64,000 nucleotides of DNA from an archaeon (GTDB taxonomy: Archaea; Nanobdellota; Nanobdellia; Pacearchaeales; GW2011-AR1): assembly GCA_043797265.1 (NCBI GenBank), contig JAZDPV010000018.1, positions 11,268 through 75,267 of the forward strand. Direction: 5' to 3'. A model generated the notes under the pieces. It was not told where the DNA came from, made no database searches, and worked only from the letters and a program-made list of their open reading frames with translations. Below are positions 1 to 8,632 of this stretch, piece by piece (the stretch's first letter is position 1; each line of letters starts with the position of its first letter). Both the position numbers and the translations under genes were made by a program.

Positions 1-387
1 TCCGCATGTTACGAAAACCAAATCAGAATTTTGAAGTTTTTTGCTTATTTCTTGTTGTTGTTCTCGCGCGGCTTCCTGTCCGATTCTTGGGTTGGAGCCG
101 GCTCCAAGTCCTTTTGATAATTCTCGTCCGATTAAAATTTTTTGGTCGGCGTTTGTGTAGAGCAGGTCTTGGGCGTCAGTATTTATTGCTATTATTTCTC
201 CGCCCCTGATTCCAATTTCTCGCATTCGTGAAATTGTATTTCCGCCGGCGCCGCCGATTCCGATTACTTTTATTCGAGCGGCTTGTTTTTTTAAAATTTC
301 TTCGAGTTCTCTATCTATTTCTGAATTTGAATGATTTTGTGAGATTTGCATTGAATTTCTGTCGCCTCTTCCTAGGATATCTTCCAT
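1..387 (-). CDS. ftsZ: Cell division GTPase FtsZ, N-terminal part (gene continues beyond window start)
   Basis: Reverse-strand translation from the ATG at 387 gives MEDILGRG...IKVIGIGGAGGNTISRM...IAINTDAQDL...LGAGSNP, the FtsZ/tubulin GGGTGTG-type signature. No stop codon before the window edge. Confidence 0.8.
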   Translation of the reverse strand, partial: MEDILGRGDRNSMQISQNHSNSEIDRELEEILKKQAARIKVIGIGGAGGNTISRMREIGIRGGEIIAINTDAQDLLYTNADQKILIGRELSKGLGAGSNPRIGQEAAREQQQEISKKLQNSDLVFVTCG

Positions 388-419
388 CTTTTTTGGAAAG
401 AATTTGGGTTTATAATAAT

Positions 420-1148
420 TTATGTGGTCGAAATATCGTCTTGAATGGAATGCTGGTGTTTAGGAAGATTTTTGTCTGTTGCTGCAGGGCTTGATTTGAT
501 AATTTTGGATTCTGTTTTCATTCCTAAAATCTCTTCGAATTTTGATGCGAAAATTTTTATGAATGGTTCGAATTGTTTTTCGATTTCGAAAATTATTTTT
601 TTGTCTTCGGTTTTGAAATTGAATTGTTTTTGAAAGAAAAAATCTTGGAGTGCGTTGATTTTTTCTTTTTCGTCGTCGATTAGGCGGTTGATTTTGTAGG
701 TGTATGTGATTTCTTTGCCGGCGAGCGGGTTGTTGAAGTCGACGAGAGTTCGGCCGCGGTCTGATGATAAAATTTTGACCAGTTGGCCGTCGAGGGAAAG
801 TTGCATTCCTTTTTGCGGTTCGATTTTTTGTTCGTGAAAATGTTTTGCAGGAATCATCCGGACGAGTTTTGGGTTTCGTTTGCCGAAAGCGTTTTCGGGT
901 TTTAAATTTAGGATGTATTGTTTATTTATTTCTTTTCCTTCGAGATCGGCGTCGAAACCGGTTGGCAACATTTTGTGTCCGATGGATAGGATGAATGGTT
1001 TTAGTTCTTTGATATTTAATTCTGCTTTTTCTGCGTCGGCTTTTATGTTTGTGTCGAAGATTTCGTTTGTGTTTGAAATTTTGCCGGTGAATTCAATTTC
1101 GATGAAGTCGTTCTTGTTTAGTTTTGTCATTAAAATTTTTTGTAACAC
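420..1148 (-). CDS. FKBP-type peptidyl-prolyl cis-trans isomerase (long archaeal type)
   Basis: 242 aa ORF with an FKBP-like core (FDTNIKADAEK...LEGKEINKQYILNLKPENAFGKRNPKLVRMIP) and an insert/C-terminal domain typical of archaeal FKBPs. Confidence 0.7.
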   Translation of the reverse strand: MLQKILMTKLNKNDFIEIEFTGKISNTNEIFDTNIKADAEKAELNIKELKPFILSIGHKMLPTGFDADLEGKEINKQYILNLKPENAFGKRNPKLVRMIPAKHFHEQKIEPQKGMQLSLDGQLVKILSSDRGRTLVDFNNPLAGKEITYTYKINRLIDDEKEKINALQDFFFQKQFNFKTEDKKIIFEIEKQFEPFIKIFASKFEEILGMKTESKIIKSSPAATDKNLPKHQHSIQDDISTT

Positions 1149-1213
1149 AGGTTTTTAAGGTTGTTGGGTTGAGTTGGGAAGTTTTATAAACGAAGTTTTT
1201 TTCTACCTTAATT

Positions 1214-1603
1214 ATGGTAGCGAGGGTTATTGATGCGGCGGAGATGCGTGTGGGGACTTTTGTGATGATTGAAGGTTCTACTTATCAGGTTAGAAAAGTT
1301 GATCATTCTAAGACGGGAAAGCATGGGCACACGAAGGTCAGGTTTGAGGCGGTGCATATTGTTACTGGGAAAAAGAAAGTTGCCGTGGTGCCTGGACCGG
1401 ACAAGTTTGAGGTGCCGATGATTGAGAAAAAACAGGCGCAGGTTCTTTCGGTTGTTGGGGATAATGTTAGTATTATGGATAGCGAGAGTTATGAAAATTT
1501 TGAGTTGGTCGTGCCGGAGGATTTGAAGGGAGAGATTAAGGATGGAGTTACCGTCGAGTATTGGGATGTTGAAGGGGAGAAAATTCTAAAGCGAGTGCTT
1601 TAG
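1214..1603 (+). CDS. Translation initiation factor 5A (aIF-5A)
   Basis: 129 aa. The hypusine-loop motif SKTGKHGHTK and an OB-fold C-terminus are present. Confidence 0.9.
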   Translation: MVARVIDAAEMRVGTFVMIEGSTYQVRKVDHSKTGKHGHTKVRFEAVHIVTGKKKVAVVPGPDKFEVPMIEKKQAQVLSVVGDNVSIMDSESYENFELVVPEDLKGEIKDGVTVEYWDVEGEKILKRVL

Positions 1604-1790
1604 AATTTTGGTGGCTCGTTAGCTTTGCTAACAGGGGGCTCGACTTCGTCGGGAGGCTCAGCTTCGCTGGGTGGCTCATCGACTTTGTCGATGGAGACTT
1701 GGTGATTTTTGTTATGAGAGATTATATAAATTAAAAAGGATTTTAATTTGTTATCGGTAAATTTAAAAGGTGGGATTTTTATTGTTGGTT

Positions 1791-1955
1791 ATGGCGACGA
1801 AACTTCTTGCGGCGCAGAATCGGTTGTATAAGAATGCGTTTGTCTGCAAGAGATGCAAGCATAAAATGAGATTGGAGCCGTTGAAAATTTTGACAGGGAA
1901 GGCGCGATGCCGGAAGTGTGGCGGGAAAGATTTTAGAACGGTGAGGAAGAAGTAG
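1791..1955 (+). CDS. rpl40e: 50S ribosomal protein L40e
   Basis: MATKLLAAQNRLYKNAFVCKRCKHKM...CRKCGGKDFR is an L40e-like C4 zinc ribbon. The upstream in-frame ATG at 1770 is a possible alternative start. Confidence 0.75.
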   Translation: MATKLLAAQNRLYKNAFVCKRCKHKMRLEPLKILTGKARCRKCGGKDFRTVRKK

Positions 1956-2064
1956 GGTACCTACTTCATGTTTTTATTTTAAAAATTCTGAAAAATAAAA
2001 TAAGAAGTAGGGTATCTACTTCATGTTTTTATTTTAAAAATTCTGAAAAATAAAATAAGAAGTA
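1948..2064. repeat. 55-bp tandem direct repeat (2.1 copies), each unit carrying the palindrome GAAGTAGGGTACCTACTTC followed by a T-run
   Basis: Units at 1948-2002 and 2003-2057 differ by one base (gtacc/gtatc). A partial third unit lies at 2058-2064. The array overlaps the L40e stop codon. Confidence 0.85.
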
Positions 2065-2089
2065 GTTTTATAAAAGGATTTTATCTTTA

Positions 2090-3475
2090 ATGGTAATGGT
2101 GAGTTTTTGGGTTTATGATGTCGGGTTTTTGATTTTGTTTAGCTTGTTTGTGGTTTGGTTTTTGAGTTCGAGGCGGAAGGCGCTGAGTCGGCAGGGGATA
2201 ATTTTTATGTATCGGACGCAATTCGGGGTTAGGGCGATTAAATATGTCGGGGATAATTTCAAGAAGGTTTTGTATGGATTGAAATATGTGATTGTCGGGG
2301 TTGGGTTGTTTTTGATGGGTGTGATGATTTGGATGTTGGGGCAGACTGTTTTGGTTTATTTGTTACATCCTGAGATTACGAAGGTGATTAAGGCGCCGCC
2401 GATTGCTCCGTTGATTCCGTATTTCCCGAAGCTGTTTGGGATGGAGAGTTTTTTCCCGCCGTTTTATTTTAGTTATTTTATTGTGGCGTTGGCGATTGTC
2501 GCGATTGTGCACGAATTTAGTCATGGGATTTTTATGAGGTTGTTTAAGGTCAAGATTAAATCGACTGGGTTGGTTTTTCTCGGGCCGATTTTGGGGGCGT
2601 TTGTCGAGCAGGAAGACAAGAGTTTTCACAAGAAAAAAAATTTGGAGCAAATGACGATTTTGGGTGCGGGAGTTTTTGCGAACTTGATTGTTGCCCTGAT
2701 TTTTTATGGGCTTTATGTTGCGTTCTTTTTTAGTTCGTTTGCGGCGGCGGGTTATGTGTTTGATAGTTATGCATTGGCTGTTGTTCCGCTGGATGAGATT
2801 AGTGGATTTGGTGAGCGCGGGGATTTGATTAGCGTGTTGACTTTGAATGGGACTTTTTATTTGGACGAAAATTTGGCAGTGCAAATTAATAATAGTGATA
2901 GCGGGTATTTGATTGCTTATGATGATGCGCCGGCGGTTTTGGCTGGGATGCGAGGGGCGATTATTTTGGCTGATGATATTGCGATTAAGGGGCGAGATGA
3001 TTTGAGAGCGTTTTTGGACAGCAAAGAGCCGGGGGATGAAGTTGTGTTTGTGACTGAGGATGAGGAGGGTGTCAGGAGTTATGATATTATTTTAGGGGAA
3101 AGTCCTGCTTATCCGGGGATTGCTTATCTTGGAGTTGGGAACAGCGTCGGTGGAAAAGGCAGTGTTGTGAAAAGTGTTCTTGACAGGTTTATGGGATTTA
3201 GAGAAGCGTCGACATATTATAGGCCGAGTTGGGACGGGGATTTTGTTTATTTTATTTATCATCTGCTTTGGTGGGTGATGATTATTAATTTGCTTGTGGC
3301 TTTGTTTAATATGTTGCCGTTGGGAATGTTGGATGGCGGGCGGTTCTTTTATTTGGCAGTGTTGTCGGTGACTCGTTCGAAGAGTGTTGCAAAGTGGGCG
3401 TATAGAGTTGCGGGGTATGGGATTTTGTTTGTGTTCTTGTTGCTGATGTTTTTTTGGTTTGTGAGAATTATTTAG
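2090..3475 (+). CDS. Site-2 protease family (M50) membrane metalloprotease with central PDZ-like region
   Basis: The HEFSHG (HExxH) motif sits in a transmembrane segment and a C-terminal NMLPLGMLDGG (LDG) motif is present. The protein has multiple hydrophobic helices. Confidence 0.85.
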   Translation: MVMVSFWVYDVGFLILFSLFVVWFLSSRRKALSRQGIIFMYRTQFGVRAIKYVGDNFKKVLYGLKYVIVGVGLFLMGVMIWMLGQTVLVYLLHPEITKVIKAPPIAPLIPYFPKLFGMESFFPPFYFSYFIVALAIVAIVHEFSHGIFMRLFKVKIKSTGLVFLGPILGAFVEQEDKSFHKKKNLEQMTILGAGVFANLIVALIFYGLYVAFFFSSFAAAGYVFDSYALAVVPLDEISGFGERGDLISVLTLNGTFYLDENLAVQINNSDSGYLIAYDDAPAVLAGMRGAIILADDIAIKGRDDLRAFLDSKEPGDEVVFVTEDEEGVRSYDIILGESPAYPGIAYLGVGNSVGGKGSVVKSVLDRFMGFREASTYYRPSWDGDFVYFIYHLLWWVMIINLLVALFNMLPLGMLDGGRFFYLAVLSVTRSKSVAKWAYRVAGYGILFVFLLLMFFWFVRII

Positions 3476-3509
3476 GTAAAATTATAAGGGATTAATTCGT
3501 TTTTGATTT

Positions 3510-4472
3510 ATGGATAATTGTGTCGGGGAGAAGTTGAAGAAAATGGGGTATGCGTTGGTTGGTGGAACGAGCGCGGTGCAGATTTGCCGATGGACGAAAA
3601 ATAGTTTGCGAGGTGACCGAGGATGCTGGAAGGAGAAATTTTACGGAGTGAGTTCTGCGGGATGCTGTCAGATGACGCCGTCGGTAATGTGGTGCGAGAA
3701 TCGGTGTTTGCATTGTTGGAGGCCGATTGAAATGAATCTTGGAACAGAGTTGCCGATAATTGATGAACCGGTTAATATTTTGAATGGGATTGTTGCGGCG
3801 AGAAAAAAATTGTTAGAGGGGTTTAGGGGGAGAAGGGGAATTAATGTTGAGAAATTGAAGAAGGCGATGGAGCCGTCGCTGTATACGATGAGTTTGTCCG
3901 GGGAGCCGACGCTTTATCCGAGACTTGGAGAGATGTTTAAAGAGATTAGGAAGAGAGGGGCGGTTTCTTTTTTGGTAACTAATGGATTGAATCCTGAGGT
4001 GTTGGCTGGATTTAAAAAAGATGAATTGCCGACGCAGATTACGGTTTCAATGAACGCGCCGAATGAGAAATTGTTTGGGATTTGGCACCGGTCGATGAAG
4101 AAGGATGCGTGGAAAAAATTTAATGAGACGTTAGATGTGATTAGGAATTTGAAGGGGGAAGTCCGGCGCGTGATTAGATTGACTTTAGTTAAGGATGAGA
4201 ATATGTCGAGAGAAAATGTTGGGGAGTATTGTAATTTAGTTAGGAAGGCGGAGCCGGATTTTATTCATGTTAAAGGATTCAAGTCGATTGGGTATGCGAG
4301 AGAAAGGTTGGGTTATGACAAACAGGTTTGGTTTGATGGGGTTAAGGAGTTCGCTTTGAAGATGGAAAAAGAATTAGTTAAAGATGGTTTTAAAATTTCG
4401 GCTGAGGATAGGAGATGTTGCGTCGTCATGTTGGCGCGAGATGGGGCGAAGTTGAAGATTACAAAAATATGA
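3510..4472 (+). CDS. tRNA 4-demethylwyosine synthase (TYW1/Taw1), radical SAM
   Basis: Cys cluster CENRCLHCW. Also the TYW1-like tract SGEPTLYPRLGEMFKEIRKRG...LVTNG. Confidence 0.8.
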   Translation: MDNCVGEKLKKMGYALVGGTSAVQICRWTKNSLRGDRGCWKEKFYGVSSAGCCQMTPSVMWCENRCLHCWRPIEMNLGTELPIIDEPVNILNGIVAARKKLLEGFRGRRGINVEKLKKAMEPSLYTMSLSGEPTLYPRLGEMFKEIRKRGAVSFLVTNGLNPEVLAGFKKDELPTQITVSMNAPNEKLFGIWHRSMKKDAWKKFNETLDVIRNLKGEVRRVIRLTLVKDENMSRENVGEYCNLVRKAEPDFIHVKGFKSIGYARERLGYDKQVWFDGVKEFALKMEKELVKDGFKISAEDRRCCVVMLARDGAKLKITKI

Positions 4473-4812
4473 TGCCGTCTTTAGTTAGGGCAGTGAAGCG
4501 GACGCCGACGGGAAGTGAGAGAAGCGCAGACTGGAGCGCCATGTGTTCTTTGCCGTTGCCGGATGCGATTGAGAGTGCGACTTCGAGGCCGGAAAATTTT
4601 CCCTTGAGTTTTTTTTCTAAATCTTTTTTTAGGTTGATTAGTGATTTATCTGGGTCGAATTCTATGAAATCGAATGGCCTGTCGTGGACTGTGAATTCTT
4701 TTGCGAAGGTTGGGCCGACTATTATTACTTTTTCCCATTCGCCTTTTTGCATTAGGCCAGAGACTTGTCCCCATGTTCCTTTGCCGGTTGAGAGGAGTGC
4801 TACTAGTTCCAT
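4459..4812 (-). CDS. Hypothetical protein (117 aa)
   Basis: ORF with a purine-rich coding strand. It overlaps the TYW1 3' end by 14 bp in convergent orientation. No family recognised. Confidence 0.4.
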   Translation of the reverse strand: MELVALLSTGKGTWGQVSGLMQKGEWEKVIIVGPTFAKEFTVHDRPFDFIEFDPDKSLINLKKDLEKKLKGKFSGLEVALSIASGNGKEHMALQSALLSLPVGVRFTALTKDGIIFL

Positions 4813-4939
4813 TTTAAAAAAATGATTGTGGATTATTTAAGGATTTATGTGATGGATGATAAGTTTTATAAAGTGAGTTTTTGATTGGGTTGTACTACGG
4901 GAGTAGGAGACTTCGGTCGCAAATTACTTCTGTTATATT

Positions 4940-5560
4940 ATGGAAATTAAGAAGGCACTTGAGGAACTTAGGAAAGGGAAGAAGCGGAAGTTTGTGCAGA
5001 CGCTGGATTTAATTGTGAATTTGAAGAATTTTGACGTGAGGAAAGAGGCGTTGAATAGTTTTGTTTCGGTGCCTCACGGGGGCGAGAAAAAGTTGGCTGG
5101 GTTTTTGACGAAGAGGTCGAAGCTGATTGATAGCATTACCGAGATGGATTTTGAGAAGTTTAAGGATTTGAAGGATATCAAGAAGTTGGCGAGGAGATAT
5201 GACGCGTTTATTGCGGTCGCGTCGATGATGGGAAAGATTGCGACGAAGTTTGGACGAGTTCTTGGACCGGTTGGGAAGATGCCGTCGCCGCAGGCCGGGA
5301 TTATTCCGAAAGAAGAGGATGCGATGATTAAGGTGATGATTGAGAGGATGAACAAGTCGATTAGAGTTAGAAATAAAGAGATGGCGATTAAGTTGGGGGT
5401 TGGGAAGGAGAGCATGAGTGATGACGAGTTGGCTGAGAATGTCGACGCTGCGATTCAGGGGTTGGAGAAGTTGCTGCCGAGGGGGAAAGATAATATTCGG
5501 GAAGTGCTGATTAAATGGACGATGTCGAAGCCGGTTAAAATTTTGGAGGCGGGAAAGTAA
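4940..5560 (+). CDS. rpl1: 50S ribosomal protein L1
   Basis: 206 aa, L1 family (VQTLDLIVNLK...VPHG...KIATKFGRVLGP). Confidence 0.9.
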   Translation: MEIKKALEELRKGKKRKFVQTLDLIVNLKNFDVRKEALNSFVSVPHGGEKKLAGFLTKRSKLIDSITEMDFEKFKDLKDIKKLARRYDAFIAVASMMGKIATKFGRVLGPVGKMPSPQAGIIPKEEDAMIKVMIERMNKSIRVRNKEMAIKLGVGKESMSDDELAENVDAAIQGLEKLLPRGKDNIREVLIKWTMSKPVKILEAGK

Positions 5561-6372
5561 TGGTGGGGCAAAAAAAGGCGCACGTTTCGGAAATTAAAAA
5601 GCGGAAGGTCGTGGAGTTGGCGGGGCTGATGAAGTCGAAGACTGTGATGGTTATTTCGGTGAAGGGTTTGCCGTCGGCGCAGTTTCAGGATATTAAAAAG
5701 AAACTGAGGTCGAAGGCGCGAGTGCAGGTTGTCAAGAAGAGCTTGGTGAATTTTGCGTTGGAGCATTGCGGGATTAAAGAGTTGCATGGGTTGGTGCCTT
5801 ATGTTGATGACTCGACGGCGATTTTGTTTAGCGAGCGGGATGCGTTTGAGATTTCTGGGATTCTTGCGGATGAGAAGAGCCCGGCGAAGGCGAAGGCGGG
5901 GCAGATTGCTCCTCATGATATTGAGGTCAAGGCGGGGCCGACGGATTTGCTGCCTGGTCCTGATATTTCTGCGTTGAGTGCGGTTGGGCTGACGCCGAAA
6001 GTCGAGGGCGGAAAGATTGTGATTATGAAAGACAAGGTGATTGTTAAGGAAGGTGGTGAGATTAGCGAGAAGTATGCGTCGATTATGGCGAAGCTGAATA
6101 TTATTCCGTTTGAGGTCGGCGTTGAACCGGTTGCGGCTTATATGGGTGGGAAAATTTATGTTGATATAAAGATTAATAGAGCGGGGACATTGGCTGAGTT
6201 GGTTGAGAGTTGTGGTCGCGGGTTGGCCTTTGCGGTTGAGATGGGAATTGTGAATTCGGAGAGTTTAGATTTTATTTTTAGGAAAGCGGTTTGTTATGAG
6301 GGCGCGATTAGTGGGTTGATTAAGGAAGGGGTTAGGAATGCTGAAGAAGTAAAAACTTCGGAGGAAAAATAA
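5560..6372 (+). CDS. rplP0: 50S ribosomal protein L10 / acidic stalk protein P0
   Basis: 270 aa. The N-terminal KKRKVVELAGLMKSK...VISVKGLPSAQFQDIKKKLR tract is P0-typical. The start overlaps the L1 stop (ATGGTGG). Confidence 0.9.
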   Translation: MVGQKKAHVSEIKKRKVVELAGLMKSKTVMVISVKGLPSAQFQDIKKKLRSKARVQVVKKSLVNFALEHCGIKELHGLVPYVDDSTAILFSERDAFEISGILADEKSPAKAKAGQIAPHDIEVKAGPTDLLPGPDISALSAVGLTPKVEGGKIVIMKDKVIVKEGGEISEKYASIMAKLNIIPFEVGVEPVAAYMGGKIYVDIKINRAGTLAELVESCGRGLAFAVEMGIVNSESLDFIFRKAVCYEGAISGLIKEGVRNAEEVKTSEEK

Positions 6373-6423
6373 AAGTCAAATGAAAACATTTGTCATGTTT
6401 TTATTTTGACCCCAAAATAAAAA

Positions 6424-6708
6424 ATGGAATATATATATGCGGCACTTTTGTTGCACAAGGTTGGGAAGGAAGTCAGCGAGGAGAACTTGAAGAAAGTTAT
6501 CGCGGCGACCGGGGCTGACGTTGATGAGGCGAAAGTGAAGGTGCTTGTTGCGTCCTTGAAGGGCGTTAACATCGACGAGAAGTTGGCGAACGCGTCTATT
6601 GCTGCGACTCCGGTTGCTGGTGATGTGAAAGCGGAAGCACCTAAGGAAGAAAAGAAAGAAGAACCTCGGGCCGAGGCGGCTGAAGGTTTGGCTTCATTGT
6701 TCGGATAA
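6424..6708 (+). CDS. rpl12: 50S ribosomal stalk protein L12 (P1)
   Basis: [12 protein letters not shown]-terminus, a flexible Ala/Glu/Lys hinge, and a C-terminal GLASLFG tail. Confidence 0.9.
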   Translation: MEYIYAALLLHKVGKEVSEENLKKVIAATGADVDEAKVKVLVASLKGVNIDEKLANASIAATPVAGDVKAEAPKEEKKEEPRAEAAEGLASLFG

Positions 6709-6792
6709 GTTAGAACGCTACGCGGTAGAACGAAAACTTCGTTTTCGGTAGAACGGCTATTGCCGGTAGAACGCGCTTCGCGTGGTAGAATA
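6709..6792. repeat. Five direct copies of GGTAGAAC(G) spaced 15-23 bp apart; includes the hairpin CGAAAACTTCGTTTTCG
   Basis: GTTAGAACG 6709, GGTAGAACG 6724, 6747 and 6766, GGTAGAATA 6784. They lie directly after the L12 stop. Confidence 0.8.
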
Positions 6793-6957
6793 ACTTTGAA
6801 TGGTGAGGCTAAGTTAGCGTCGCTGTTTTGACTTGAAGCCAAATTAGATGGGCTTTGGGTTTGCTTTGAACGAGGAAGTCTTGTTAGATTTGTTAGGGTG
6901 GTTTTGGATGTTCTGGGGAATATAAGTTTTTATAAATATCGTATTCTGTGAAGAAGA

Positions 6958-7380
6958 ATGGAGAAAGTTAATATTATTTTTACTGGTATTGGTTTAGTTG
7001 TTACCCTTATCACTTTTATTCTTGTGATTAGTGGTTGGTCATATCAAGTCATGACGAATAACAATATAATTAAAGCCAATCTAAAATATGAAATAAGTGA
7101 TAATTTAAGAAAAATTGATATATTTTTGGAAATTTATGATAGCGATATAAAAACTACGGGGAAATTAGAATTTAGATATTTGGAGAAATATAGAGATATA
7201 TCTAAAGATAAAAACATAAGAGATAAATTGGCAAAAATTATGTCAGATATACAAACCTATAATAATGGAATAGATTTAATTAATAATAATGAGGTTGATA
7301 AAGTTTATAGGACTATAACACAGAATAGCAATGCTGAATTAATAAAAAGCAATTTAGAATTTATAAGAGATCTTATCTGA
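6958..7380 (+). CDS. Hypothetical N-terminally membrane-anchored protein (140 aa), AT-rich gene
   Basis: N-terminal hydrophobic helix, N/K/I-rich. Its composition differs from that of neighbouring genes. Confidence 0.45.
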   Translation: MEKVNIIFTGIGLVVTLITFILVISGWSYQVMTNNNIIKANLKYEISDNLRKIDIFLEIYDSDIKTTGKLEFRYLEKYRDISKDKNIRDKLAKIMSDIQTYNNGIDLINNNEVDKVYRTITQNSNAELIKSNLEFIRDLI

Positions 7381-7387
7381 TTATGGA

Positions 7388-7468
7388 CGCCCGCACTCGG
7401 AATCGAACCGAGGAGTCCCGAAGGACCTGGTTTTCAAGACCAGTGCAATACCACTATGCGATGCGGGC
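7388..7468 (-). tRNA. tRNA-Ser (anticodon UGA)
   Basis: Cloverleaf on the minus strand. Acceptor GCCCGCA/TGCGGGC. Anticodon stem CTGGT/ACCAG with loop CTTGAAA. A long variable arm GTCCTTCGGGAC. T-arm CTCGG-TTCGATT-CCGAG. Confidence 0.8.
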
Positions 7469-7507
7469 TATTGTTTTTTAATGGATAAGGTTTTTAAATT
7501 TGTTTAG

Positions 7508-8107
7508 GTGCTGGGTTTTATGGGCTCGAAGATTTTGAAGAATAAGTTTGTCGCAATATTTATAATGGGTATTTTGATTGTTGGGTTTACGTTATTTGTG
7601 ATGAAAATGGTGGATAATGTGTTCCCTGAAAATGTGAAGGTTAGATTGGAAACTAATTATGGGGGCATCGTTGTAGAATTATATTCGGACATGCCGATAA
7701 CTGCTGGGAATTTTAAATCGTTGGCTGAGAAGGGAATTTATGACGGCGTGATTTTTCATAGGGTGATTCCGAATTTTATGATTCAGGGTGGAGATCCCAC
7801 AGGAACTGGGTTTGGTGACCCGAGTATTCCGAAGATAAAGGATGAGTTTGTCGCGGGGCACTCGAATATTCGCGGGACGATTGCGATGGCGAACGCGGGG
7901 CCGAATACCGGAAGTAGCCAGTTTTTTATTAATTTGGTTGATAATAGTTTTTTGGATTATGACAAAGAGCCGTTGACTTCGAAGCATCCGGTTTTTGGCG
8001 AAGTTGTCGAGGGGATGGATGTCGTCGATAAAATTAGTGGGGTTGCGACGGGCGTTGGAAATAGACCGGTTGAGGATGTTGTGATTGTTAGGGCGAGGGT
8101 GGTGTAA
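7508..8107 (+). CDS. Cyclophilin-type peptidyl-prolyl cis-trans isomerase with N-terminal membrane anchor/signal
   Basis: FHRVIPNFMIQGGDPTGTG...MANAGPNTGSSQFFI...FGEVVEGMDVVDKI are cyclophilin signatures. An N-terminal hydrophobic helix is present. Confidence 0.85.
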   Translation: MLGFMGSKILKNKFVAIFIMGILIVGFTLFVMKMVDNVFPENVKVRLETNYGGIVVELYSDMPITAGNFKSLAEKGIYDGVIFHRVIPNFMIQGGDPTGTGFGDPSIPKIKDEFVAGHSNIRGTIAMANAGPNTGSSQFFINLVDNSFLDYDKEPLTSKHPVFGEVVEGMDVVDKISGVATGVGNRPVEDVVIVRARVV

Positions 8108-8602
8108 TTAACTATTAGCACCTTGGATACATGAAACTTTTAATCCTTGATTTACTCCCTGCTCGCTGACCTTTTCGCAAATTGAGATATCTTTTTCTAC
8201 AAATGCTATTCCACTAAAGCATCTATCTTTAACTGCTAAGCTGTAAGAATCATTAGATATTTTTTCGCAAATTGAGATATCGTCTAATTTTTCTGCAACT
8301 CTCATTAAACAATATAGAGATTCGTCATAAATTTCAAGTTTCCAACATACCTCGCTATCAATAGTTTTTATGGCAACTTCTTCATAACAACTTGTTTTTT
8401 TATTTTTATTTGGCATATTGTCGCAAATTTTATAATCCTCTTTGCTGATTGCTAGATTTTCTATACAATCAATTTTATCATAATATGAGTCTCCATTGCA
8501 ATTAATACTTGTTTCGGAATCGTTTTCCCAGAGATTTATAATTATAATTCCAATAAAAATAATTAATCCTATTATAATTCCAAATAAAATGGATTTATTC
8601 AT
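8108..8602 (-). CDS. Secreted/membrane-anchored cysteine-rich repeat protein (hypothetical)
   Basis: N-terminal TM helix, then about 10 Cys in repeating motifs (DYKICDN, DDISICEKIS, KDISICEKVS, EVCWKLE). AT-rich. Confidence 0.5.
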   Translation of the reverse strand: MNKSILFGIIIGLIIFIGIIIINLWENDSETSINCNGDSYYDKIDCIENLAISKEDYKICDNMPNKNKKTSCYEEVAIKTIDSEVCWKLEIYDESLYCLMRVAEKLDDISICEKISNDSYSLAVKDRCFSGIAFVEKDISICEKVSEQGVNQGLKVSCIQGANS

Positions 8603-8632
8603 AAGGAGTTGAGGAACAAATATTTTATAAAC

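Noticed and set aside
2363-2884. 173 aa minus-strand ORF inside the M50 protease gene
   Set aside because: Antisense to a confidently identified membrane protease. Its product is basic low-complexity.
6709-6792. Possible CRISPR array (regularly spaced repeats)
   Set aside because: Repeat unit only 8-9 nt with 15-23-nt spacers and no cas genes. This is far below CRISPR repeat length.
6393-6842. 149 aa minus-strand ORF overlapping L12 and the GGTAGAAC repeat array
   Set aside because: It is antisense to the L12/P1 gene. It is an Ala/Ser/Thr-rich mirror of the Ala/Glu-rich stalk protein.
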